A DNA stretch of 15,427 nucleotides from Amoebidium appalachense (GCA_963693365.1 CAVNZM010000069.1:1-15427), one strand, 5' to 3'. Shown: positions 1-9,389, numbered from the stretch's first letter. Program-made: numbers and translations. The notes: generated by a model not told the origin, from the letters alone.

Positions 1-406
1 TTAATTCAGAATACAGAAGTGACTATTCTGAAATTGGAGGTTTAGCATATGAGGGAATGGGTACCTACGGAAGCCTACGGAACTTTCGCGGTGCTCCATT
101 TTATGAAATCAATAAGATTCTTTAATTGTAATTAATATATTTATAATGTAAAATAAGGGTGAATTGCCGAAGCCCAAATAAGTGGAGATCTCAATTTTCA
201 TAATTCCGGATACTGAAGTGACGATTCTGGTACTCTGAGTTTTAATAAATTAAAAATCTTAAATGGAAGAAAGGAAGAAATTACTCTAATCCTAGCAAGT
301 TAGAAGTTGAATTAAATCCTTCAATAGTAGGAAATAGAAAATATGGAATAGGGTGAGAAGCCTATTTTCCAAAAACTGAAGGTCCCAAGCTGGAAAGTCC
401 AGACCC

Positions 407-812
407 AGAGGCGAGTCGAAAGTCTGATTGGGTGAACTACCATAGGCAAGGCAAGAGTCTGATTGGGTGAACTACCAGAGGTGAGTCGAAAGTCTGATTG
501 GGTGAACTACCAGAGGCGAGAGTATGATTGGGTGAATTACGAGAGACGAGTCGAAAGTCTGATGATAAGAGCATAAGAATGTTTATTAGCGATAAGATTC
601 TACTAAGACTTTATCAGAGGCGAGTCGAAAGTCTGAGCTCAGAGTAAGATATGGTGAATTACGAGAGGCGAGTCAAGAATCTGATTGGGTGAATTACCAG
701 AGGCGAGTCGAAAGTCTGAGCTCAGAGTAAGATATGGTGAATTACGAGAGGCGAGTCCAGAATCGGATTGGGTGAATTACCAGAGGCAAGTTGAAAGTCT
801 GATCGGGTGGTT
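407..812. repeat. Tandem array of about 10 copies of a ~35-bp unit; mirror 14024..14429
   Basis: Consensus agaggcgagtcgaaagtctgattgggtgaaYtacc, with units starting at 407, 442, 477, 512, 542, 616, 664, 699, 747 and 782. Two are 48-bp variants and one carries a ~50-bp insert. Confidence 0.95.
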
Positions 813-1244
813 TGCAGGATCCCAAAAATGTAGGTCTCAAAATTTTAAATTCCGTATATAGAAGTGACAAATCTGAAAATCGGAGTTTTAGCAGAGCAGA
901 AATGGGGTACCTACGGAAATCTACGAAACTTTTGCGGGGCTCCAATTTAGGGATTTAATAAAGATATTAAAGGGAATTTCAATGTAATAAAGGAAAAAGT
1001 ACTCTAAGAATAGGAAAGCATAAATTTAAAGAGTAGATGCTAGTACTCCATGAGCTTGTCGTATCATGACGATAAGGGCATAAGATTATTCTCTTAGTAA
1101 GAAGTTTCTTAAGAGATACTAATTGGCACTATAATTCTTAGAGTACTGTAATTACTCCCTTAATATGAAATAATATAGATGGCATCATCATTAAGATGCT
1201 TATTTCGATCCATCATAGAGAGGTATAAAAAAAATGATGTATAT

Positions 1245-1319
1245 AATAGCCCGTGCCTTGAATGATTATTAGTAACAACTTTCTCTGTATCAATTCCTAC
1301 TGAATTGCTAGTATCAAGT
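1245..1319 (+). pseudogene. cox1: Possible cox1 C-terminal remnant inside a 70-codon code-4 ORF (1179..1391); mirror 13517..13591 (-)
   Basis: NSPCLEWLLVTTFSVSIPTELLV has the same spacing as the Cox1 tail LEWLL.SPP.FHTF.ELP (W=TGA at 1263), but the SPP/H core is lost. Confidence 0.4.
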
Positions 1320-1393
1320 ACAGCACTCTGAGATCCTATGTATAATCTTATTAGGACAGTTACCACTCTTGATAGTAGTACACATTCATAAGC

Positions 1394-1531
1394 GGTTCAT
1401 ACCAAATAATTTCTCCAAGTCCAAGTCCAGGGCTAATTTATATTGTTTTAGCTGTATTAGTATTCATATTGAGTACTATATGTTGATCTCATAATGATAA
1501 AAATAGAGATCTAATGATGATTACAATTATC
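1394..1531 (+). pseudogene. cox3: Cytochrome c oxidase subunit 3 N-terminal remnant
   Basis: SYQIISPSPSPGLIYIVLAVLVFILSTICWSHNDKNRDLMM vs the Cox3 motif HPYHLVSPSPWP-x18-H. Allowing a 6-bp agtcca duplication and WP->GL (tgg cca -> ggg cta), the spacing to W-x-H is exact. W=TGA at 1484. Confidence 0.65.
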
Positions 1532-1571
1532 GAACCAATTAACTCCGAGGAATAATTCTTTGGGTTATTTA

Positions 1572-1635
1572 ATAGAACCGTATTAAAGAGATAGTCTGTT
1601 CTTAAGTGTGAACTTAAACTTAAGCTAGTTTAGAT
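1572..1635. repeat. Dispersed ~60-bp repeat; partner 9212..9268 (inverted relative to each other within the unit)
   Basis: atagaaccgtattaaagagatagtctgttcttaagtgtgaactta...agctagttta vs atagaactgtactaatgagatagtttattcttaagtatgaacttaagctggttta. Confidence 0.85.
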
Positions 1636-1829
1636 TAATAGTACTATAATTATTATTATAGACTGTAAGTTTAATAGGGTATAATATTTATTAGACTATT
1701 TTTTAGTACCAATTAATACCGTGTACTGCAGATTCGTAAGAGGAAGTATAGTACATGACGTAATCTCTAGGTTAGTATCTCAAGATAACCAGTAGCTGAA
1801 TTCTTTAAAGAAGAAAGCTTTCTTCTGAT

Positions 1830-2610
1830 GCACGAGGATAGAGTTGTGTTATTAACGCTAATTAAGAAGAGGATTTTTAAAAGTATACGAATCGTTAGAA
1901 ACAAATGAATAATAAAGTAGCATGAGCGAAAGGATTAAAAGGATTCCTTCAATAATTTAATAGGACTAAAGTTCAAAGCTTAATATTAGTAGTAGTTCAA
2001 TAAGGATGACTACGTATTTTTTTGCATACGGCTCTAAGTTATATCGTATTAGTGAGGTTAGTTAGAGAAATGTAACCGAAGTTACTTAAAGTTCGTATTA
2101 TATTATCAGACCGAAACAGAATTATTTAAGCATATTCAAATGGATATTTGAGTAATATCAAATGGAAGATTAAACTACATTAGCACTTAGAAGATAATTA
2201 TATTTCTTACTAGCTGATTTGCCGTAAAACATGGTTAATAAAGTGTCGAAGCTATAGGAATAAAAAAGTAAAAGGAAGTCTCGTCAAATCTAGAACCAAT
2301 TTTGCTTCTATAGCAGCATTAGTACATACAGTGAAGGCTGAATGTTGATTTTATAATTGTAAAATAGAGATTTAATGAAAATTATTTATTTATAAGTAAA
2401 ATAACCTTTTTATTTGAGAAGTTTATTGATTAATATCTAGATTATATAATGTATAAATGTTATTAAAAAATTCTATGTTGAATGGTGTAAATGCAATTAC
2501 TTCATGAACTAGTTGTTGTATTATGATAAGAGAATAAAAAAATTTTTAGCACGAAAGGTTTAAAGTGTCGTAACTATTCGATTAGTTCAGAGTAAAATTG
2601 AACCTAAGCA
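1830..2610 (+). pseudogene. rnl: Degenerate fragment of bacterial-type (mitochondrial) LSU rRNA, roughly domains I-III; boundaries approximate
   Basis: Colinear decayed 23S-type anchors: aagtagcatgagcgaaagg 1915 (cf. CAGTACCGTGAGGGAAAGG), gactacgtatttttttgcatacgg 2008 (cf. GACTGCGTACCTTTTGTATAATGG), agaccgaaac 2108 (cf. AGACCCGAAAC), tagctgatttgccgtaaaa 2211 (cf. TAGCTGGTTCTCCCCGAAA), and cagagtaaaattgaacctaag near 2588 (cf. CAGGGTGAGTCGACCCCTAAG). Normally invariant positions are mutated. Confidence 0.8.
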
Positions 2611-2769
2611 ATATTCCGTTATTTAGTAATAATAATTGAATATTAGAACAGTAATTCTATGGAGTAGTACAATATCATATCTATTTGGGATTTCTGAAAA
2701 CTTATTAGAAATACACATCATTATGCATGATCAATAAGAAAGAAAGTCCTAGATTTACGATAATAAATT

Positions 2770-2955
2770 GTAAGGTTTAATTGCTGAGAAGTGCTTTATT
2801 TATGTAAAATAGAGCGAAAGGGGTAGAGTAAGATATTGGAATATATTTTGTGTTACATTAATAACAAAAAATAAATAAGCCTATTTTGTATTAACTAGTT
2901 GATGAGGTAATGACTTACCAAGGCAAATATATATAGCTGGTTTAAGATAAATGGC
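2770..2955 (+). pseudogene. rns: Degenerate 5' fragment of bacterial-type (mitochondrial) SSU rRNA
   Basis: attaactagttgatgaggtaatgacttaccaaggcaaatatatatagctgg (2890-2940) matches 16S ATTAGCTAGTTGGTGAGGTAATGGCTCACCAAGGCGACGAT...TAGCTGG. Upstream, gcgaaaggggtagagtaa resembles GCGGACGGGTGAGTAA. Confidence 0.85.
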
Positions 2956-2989
2956 GCAAAGCTTATGAAATAATAATTTACTATCTATT

Positions 2990-3420
2990 TATGAATAATT
3001 ATCGGAGGAGTGTTCGCTTAATGAAACAACTCAGAACCAAGTCTTGACCAGGATACTTATCTAAAATCATAAAATACTATCATAGTTTCATTTATAACGT
3101 AATGGAGAGGTGTATTTTATTTTAGTATGCAATATTTATATATATATATATTCCGGATACAGAAAGATTGCACAGAATACAAACAAGTTTTTGATCGAGA
3201 AGTTAAAAGTAACTTTTAAGACAATGTTGTACTCGATGAATAAATTAGAAGAGCAAGGAAAATTACAATGGTATTCAGGGTATCATTGCTCTAATAACAA
3301 TGGATTGTATTCCGGAGATAATTCTAGTATATAGATTATATTTAGAGTTTCTGAGGAATCTTCTTGCAAAGAAAAATTTATATGTTTTGTAATCTGAAGA
3401 TTTCAAGAGTCTTTGATGAG
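2990..3420 (+). pseudogene. cox3: Possible heavily decayed cox3 middle/C-terminal region; mirror 11416..11846 (-)
   Basis: Ordered weak motifs: IIGGVFA*W (cf. LSSGVSITW), NTIIVSFIT*WRGVFYFSMQY (IT..G..Q spacing of Cox3), then in another frame GIQGIIALI...YRLYL (cf. GFHGIHVII...R.YL). Each is weak alone. Confidence 0.33.
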
Positions 3421-3619
3421 CCGTTGCTCATTGGGTACTCATACTCTAATACCAGTGGGTAGATATTAATGCATCAAGGCATAGATGAAATATTTTCACA
3501 GGCACTCGACACTAATAATATCTTAACTTTAGGAGGAGGGAGGAGTAAGGTATATCTTGCCTATGAAAATAGTGTCTTATATAGGCATTGAAAATAAGTG
3601 GATTAGTTGAAATCGCGAA

Positions 3620-3830
3620 TTTTTTGAGCTGTCTCATTGTTATTATTGGTTCTCTATTGGTTTAAGCGCCAACTATCTAAATTTGAGATTTTGAGATGTT
3701 TCATAACTATCACTGGGTCTCTAAATTAAAAAGTCCCTGTTGTTTTATGATTGAGACAAACTTGAACTGTTTCATAACAATTACTGTTTCTTTAAAATTT
3801 AAACCCCAATTGTTTATCTGAGTAAGAAGA
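3620..3830. repeat. Three degenerate ~70-bp tandem repeats; mirror about 11006..11216
   Basis: ttgagctgtctcattgttattattggttctcta (3624), ttgagatgtttcataactatcactgggtctcta (3691), ttgaactgtttcataacaattactgtttcttta (3762). Confidence 0.8.
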
Positions 3831-4019
3831 ATTTAGCTAGTCTTATCTGTTTGAATTGTTAAATCATGGCATGTCTCATATATTAGATTTAATATAATTT
3901 TTATCCTGGTTATTAAAGGGGATTTAATCAATGGTTATCTGAGGTAACTTATTAAAGGATTTTTGTAACAACGATTAAAGATGGATTTATTTAATGGTTA
4001 TCACAAACATTTTTTAAAT

Positions 4020-4570
4020 GAATCTGAACATATAGCCACGATAATATTATCTATTTTATCTTGTAAAAGAGGAGAATGCTACCTTTTATGTAGATAGTTC
4101 TTTAATAATTCCTCTTTAAATTAAAGTAGGTTTTAAAATAAACCTAAGCATATTGACATGCGAACATGGTCAATTTTTCTTGGAATAAAGGGGGGGTTAC
4201 TACCTTTTACATCAATAATTCTATAATAGTTTCTCTAAAATTAGAGTTAATTATAAAGGAAATTTAAGTATATTGATATGAGAATTTTGTCTATCACTCA
4301 TTGAAATGAATAGATTTGTCCTCATTTGGATAAGTTATTTCTTAGTCCGATTTTTTAAATTTTCGCCACTTAAGACAATCTCAGCCTATAGTCAGGTAAC
4401 ATTATCTATTTTCTTTTCAAGTAGGCTGAGTAGTAGCTTTAAGCCAGTAATTCTTTAGTAGTTCCTCTATAATTAGAGTTGATTATTGAAGAAATATAAG
4501 CATATTAACATTAAACCTAGGGTGATTCATTCTTGAGTCTGACATGGGTATATGTCTCAATTGGGATCAG
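4020..4570. repeat. Degenerate ~118-bp tandem repeat, 4-5 copies; mirror about 10267..10816
   Basis: aagcatattgac (4146), aagtatattgat (4266) and aagcatattaac (4498), with similar upstream blocks (taccttttaY...tctYtaWaattaRag). attatctatttt recurs near 4046 and 4401. Confidence 0.8.
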
Positions 4571-5010
4571 AGATGAGGACATAATATAAGTGAATAAATA
4601 AAATAGGATTGTACAATAATCAGTGGTGTTCTTGGGTACCTAGCCTTGATACAAGTGAGAGTGTAATAATTTTATTCGGATTATAAAAGTGGAATACTTG
4701 TAGTAAAGATAGAGAATAAAAATTCTTGGTTATTACCGATAGAATTTTGTATATTTTGTTTCGAAGGTTAGATGAAGATGATCTCTACAAATCATTTCCT
4801 ACATAACAATTCTCCCTCCAAACTATAATTTGCATATAATATATTTTCTCTAATCAATAAATCATCTCTTTCCTTTTGCTCCATTCTAATCCACCCAAGA
4901 AAAGATACTCAAATGCTTCCTCCATTTGTCTTTTGCCAATTGATCCACCTATTTTCAAACTCTTTTTAATTTTTCATTAAAACTAAAGAAGTCAGAGAGA
5001 TTAGAGCTAT

Positions 5011-5447
5011 TTATGATATGAATAGGTTTAAGAGATTAAGATCCCGTAAGGTAACTCTGAATCAAATTCCAAATAATAAAGTCACACTAATGTGAGCAGT
5101 AGCATTAAATCCATAAAAACTATTCTTATAAAGGTTAAAATGATTATATATTGGAATAAAATAAAGATAACTAAAGAATAAGCATTTATTTGTTCTCCGA
5201 TGTTATCTTCAATTAATCCATAAACAGTCTCATATAAGATTTTATTGTATTTTGTATACTAATCGGTATTATGTACCCTCTCTCTATGCTTAATTTATAT
5301 GTTATTATTAATATTATGAACTATATCTTCAGCCTAGATTCCAGCTATAAATGATAGGAGTAACAGGTGTACTCTTTGAAGATCCTATTAATAAATTTTT
5401 ATCTCCTTTGATTTCAGGCTAAATTGTTCAATCCCACGTAGTTCTAT
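5011..5447 (-). pseudogene. atp6: atp6 pseudogene (mirror copy)
   Basis: Reverse complement of 9390..9826. Confidence 0.87.
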
Positions 5448-6478
5448 TAGCAAAAGAAAATCCAGGTTTATTCCTGAAAATTCAAAAATGGTTCCAGTAT
5501 ATAACCAAGTTTAACTTTACTATTATCAAAAATTCTCTAATTTAGTATTATTAGGTATAAGACTAAAATATAAACCAGCTTAAGTTCATACTTAAGAATA
5601 AACTATCTCATTAGTACAGTTCTATACAATAGTGAAAGCTATTGGCTCGCGTGTAATCTCAGAGGATTCTACTAACAAATATTATATTTATTTTAGTTTT
5701 CTGCTAATTACCCATTGTTACATCTTTAATTCTATTATTTGCAATAAATACAAAAGACTTAAAGCTTAGAGATTTCAAGCATCTGGCTAAATTTAAGGTG
5801 TACCTTTTATGCTAGTCTCATTACCAACTCACCTATTTTCAAAATGCTTCTTAAAAGTTCAAATTATATCATTAAATCAATAGAATAGCAAGAAATCTAA
5901 AAAAATCTATTAGTTTTAGGTAGAGAAAATTGGAAAAACTGAAAAGTTTTGGGTTCAGGATGTTGAAAGCAAAGGGAGGGGTACTTTTTCTAAACTGCGC
6001 CCATCTAAAGGAAATAGCTTTCCATAGAAAGTCCTACCACTATAGAATAAATATTTAATTACTAAATAGAATTAGCCGATCAATTTGATACGGTTAAACG
6101 AGGCATGTGTACCCCCTATATACACATGGTCAGACAAAGCACTAATTCCACCTTAACAATTAGTGTCTTAGTGATCCGAGTGATCTGAATGATCTGACTC
6201 TCCTATGTCATGAAGCAAATTTTACCATGTTCCTTTTATAAAGCTCTTAAATATTTCATCCTATAAAGTTATAATACTATATTAGTATGTTTTACAACGT
6301 CTAGAACTATTAACTTTCAGTTATTCCCTTTTTATATACATTAGATGAATGAATGTTTCCTCATGAATATTAACGAGAAAATTATTAGTACCATCTCTTA
6401 CTAAGCTCATAAGAATAATAATAATTGGCTTAGTAAAAAGTAGCTGCTCAATTCGGAGAGCTAAGAATAAGAATAAAA

Positions 6479-7000
6479 TTATATTAACATAGTAACCACA
6501 AGAATAATCAATAAATAAAATAATAAAATTTCAAACTCAACGTATAATAATAATAATTTATCCAGCCTATCTATGGAAGTTGTCGTAACTTCCAAGTAAG
6601 CTAAATGTTGAGTATTCATTGCTAAGTAAACAGGTAATAAATCTTGAGCGCAAACTAAGATGATCATTCCTAGATTGGCTAAAGTAATTAACTCTACTCG
6701 TTCCATTCCCTTTTTCTCTTTCTCTCTATCCATCATTAATAAAGCAACTACCAAATTTATTGAAGTTACTATTCCATATTCCATGATTAACTGTCCATAT
6801 TCTCCTGTTAATCCTATTACTCTTCCTCCTTTACCCATTTCTAATCACGCGATTAGACCTACTCCTCTTGTCACTATTGTAATTTTATAAATCAAATTAC
6901 TTCTACTTTGTCCATTCTTGCTAAACATTACTATTACGACTGCTATACCTACTAATGCTATAATTGTTATATTTTTCACTTCATAAAAAATATCATACAT
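6479..7000 (-). pseudogene. nad2: nad2 5' fragment (mirror copy)
   Basis: Reverse complement of 7836..8357. Confidence 0.8.
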
Positions 7001-7418
7001 TCTTTATCTTTCCTATTCTTGAATAATTAAACACCAGATGTGTTATTAACATAGTACTAATTTACTTAACATACAGAGTATTTTTTCCTTCATTACATTG
7101 AAATTCTTTAAAAGATTTTTATTAGGTTCATAAATTGGAGCACCGCGAAAGTTACGTAGGCTTCCGTAGGTGCCCAATTTCTACCCGGCTAAAAATGACA
7201 ATTTACCATTTTCTGGATTTTTGACAATTTACCATATTCTGTATTTAGGATTTCAAATCTCATCTTATATCGTGACAATACCTTGATGTAAGAGTAGAGG
7301 TAAATATCTAGTCATCACACACCCACCCTACACCTAAAATACCCCTATATACAAAGCTTAGAGTAAGAAGAAGGGAGGAGGGGGCGAGATGAAATAACTA
7401 GACTGGGCCCCCGAACTA

Positions 7419-7462
7419 GTTCGGGGGGCCCAGTCTAGTTATTTCATCTCGCCCCCTCCTCC
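7419..7462. repeat. Terminal inverted repeat / telomere, end A (mirror 7374..7416)
   Basis: gttcggggggcccagtctagttatttcatctcgccccctcctcc is the exact reverse complement of 15372..15415. Confidence 0.93.
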
Positions 7463-7661
7463 CTTCTTCTTACTCTAAGCTTTGTATATAGGGGTATTTT
7501 AGGTGTAGGGTGGGTGTGTGATGACTAGATATTTACCTCTACTCTTACATCAAGGTATTGTCACGATATAAGATGAGATTTGAAATCCTAAATACAGAAT
7601 ATGGTAAATTGTCAAAAATCCAGAAAATGGTAAATTGTCATTTTTAGCCGGGTAGAAATTG

Positions 7662-7699
7662 GGCACCTACGGAAGCCTACGTAACTTTCGCGGTGCTCC
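7662..7699 (+). promoter_or_regulatory. Conserved 38-bp GC-rich subterminal motif (candidate origin/promoter/protein-binding site)
   Basis: ggYacctacggaagcctacgKaactttcgcggtgctcc contains a tandem cctacgga-type repeat. Opposite-orientation copies lie near the other end at 13893-13930, 14739-14776, 14896-14933 and 15081-15118 (mirrors 60-97, 906-943, 7137-7174). The repeat is certain and the function is inferred. Confidence 0.55.
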
Positions 7700-7729
7700 A
7701 ATTTATGAACCTAATAAAAATCTTTTAAA

Positions 7730-7828
7730 GAATTTCAATGTAATGAAGGAAAAAATACTCTGTATGTTAAGTAAATTAGTACTATGTTAATAACACATCT
7801 GGTGTTTAATTATTCAAGAATAGGAAAG
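7730..7828 (+). promoter_or_regulatory. Leader cassette upstream of nad2, shared with the other arm (974..1018 / 13818..13862)
   Basis: gaatttcaatgtaatRaaggaaaaaRtactct and aagaataggaaag occur about 30 bp downstream of the 38-bp motif on both arms. Here aagaataggaaag ends 7 nt before the nad2 ATG. Confidence 0.5.
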
Positions 7829-7835
7829 ATAAAGA

Positions 7836-8357
7836 ATGTATGATATTTTTTATGAAGTGAAAAATATAACAATTATAGCATTAGTAGGTATAGCAGTCGT
7901 AATAGTAATGTTTAGCAAGAATGGACAAAGTAGAAGTAATTTGATTTATAAAATTACAATAGTGACAAGAGGAGTAGGTCTAATCGCGTGATTAGAAATG
8001 GGTAAAGGAGGAAGAGTAATAGGATTAACAGGAGAATATGGACAGTTAATCATGGAATATGGAATAGTAACTTCAATAAATTTGGTAGTTGCTTTATTAA
8101 TGATGGATAGAGAGAAAGAGAAAAAGGGAATGGAACGAGTAGAGTTAATTACTTTAGCCAATCTAGGAATGATCATCTTAGTTTGCGCTCAAGATTTATT
8201 ACCTGTTTACTTAGCAATGAATACTCAACATTTAGCTTACTTGGAAGTTACGACAACTTCCATAGATAGGCTGGATAAATTATTATTATTATACGTTGAG
8301 TTTGAAATTTTATTATTTTATTTATTGATTATTCTTGTGGTTACTATGTTAATATAA
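7836..8357 (+). pseudogene. nad2: NADH dehydrogenase subunit 2, 5' part (173 codons in code 4), truncated/degenerate; faint similarity may continue to about 8580
   Basis: Reading TGA 7989-7991 as Trp extends the 7998 ORF to ATG 7836 (MYDIFYEVKNITIIALVGIAVVIVMF...). ERVELITLANLGMIILVCAQDLLPVYLAMNTQHLAY matches the Nad2/NuoN motif E..ILILLSTLGM.LL.SS.DL...YL.IELQSL. The conserved E is N, EAGLKYF..G is decayed, and TAA/TAG stops follow. It is far shorter than a full Nad2. Confidence 0.8.
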
Positions 8358-9389
8358 TTTTATTCTTATTCTTAGCTCTCCGAATTGAGCAGCTACTTTT
8401 TACTAAGCCAATTATTATTATTCTTATGAGCTTAGTAAGAGATGGTACTAATAATTTTCTCGTTAATATTCATGAGGAAACATTCATTCATCTAATGTAT
8501 ATAAAAAGGGAATAACTGAAAGTTAATAGTTCTAGACGTTGTAAAACATACTAATATAGTATTATAACTTTATAGGATGAAATATTTAAGAGCTTTATAA
8601 AAGGAACATGGTAAAATTTGCTTCATGACATAGGAGAGTCAGATCATTCAGATCACTCGGATCACTAAGACACTAATTGTTAAGGTGGAATTAGTGCTTT
8701 GTCTGACCATGTGTATATAGGGGGTACACATGCCTCGTTTAACCGTATCAAATTGATCGGCTAATTCTATTTAGTAATTAAATATTTATTCTATAGTGGT
8801 AGGACTTTCTATGGAAAGCTATTTCCTTTAGATGGGCGCAGTTTAGAAAAAGTACCCCTCCCTTTGCTTTCAACATCCTGAACCCAAAACTTTTCAGTTT
8901 TTCCAATTTTCTCTACCTAAAACTAATAGATTTTTTTTAGATTTCTTGCTATTCTATTGATTTAATGATATAATTTGAACTTTTAAGAAGCATTTTGAAA
9001 ATAGGTGAGTTGGTAATGAGACTAGCATAAAAGGTACACCTTAAATTTAGCCAGATGCTTGAAATCTCTAAGCTTTAAGTCTTTTGTATTTATTGCAAAT
9101 AATAGAATTAAAGATGTAACAATGGGTAATTAGCAGAAAACTAAAATAAATATAATATTTGTTAGTAGAATCCTCTGAGATTACACGCGAGCCAATAGCT
9201 TTCACTATTGTATAGAACTGTACTAATGAGATAGTTTATTCTTAAGTATGAACTTAAGCTGGTTTATATTTTAGTCTTATACCTAATAATACTAAATTAG
9301 AGAATTTTTGATAATAGTAAAGTTAAACTTGGTTATATACTGGAACCATTTTTGAATTTTCAGGAATAAACCTGGATTTTCTTTTGCTA

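Noticed and set aside
407-812. CRISPR array (35-bp repeats)
   Set aside because: Units abut directly with no regular unique spacers, the repeats are degenerate, there are no cas genes, and the context is organellar.
742-945. 67-aa ORF (mirror 13891..14094)
   Set aside because: It runs across the 38-bp motif and tandem repeats and has no recognisable protein features.
1160-1366. 68-aa ORF (mirror 13470..13676)
   Set aside because: It is antisense to the code-4 frame holding the cox1-like tail and has no recognisable similarity.
3110-3334. 74-aa ORF (mirror 11502..11726)
   Set aside because: GTG start, spans a (TA)n run, has no recognisable motif, and is out of frame with the weak cox3-like motifs.
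4080-4290. Ty1/copia RNase H-like words (FYVDS...KPKHIDMR, KYIDMR) in the 118-bp repeat
   Set aside because: They need frameshifts that differ between copies and cross stops, and no RT, integrase or LTR is seen. Treated as chance unless tblastn says otherwise.
4655-4765. Possible nad4L remnant (IILFGL / GILVVKIENKNSWLLPIE)
   Set aside because: Too short and weak, needs a frameshift, and the spacing is imperfect.
6660-6890. 76-aa ORF (mirror 7946..8176)
   Set aside because: Antisense shadow of the nad2 fragment.
8355-8580. Stop-codon reassignment (TAA/TAG as Tyr or Gln) rescuing the genes
   Set aside because: A couple of stops align with Tyr positions but others do not, and frameshifts and rRNA decay remain unexplained.
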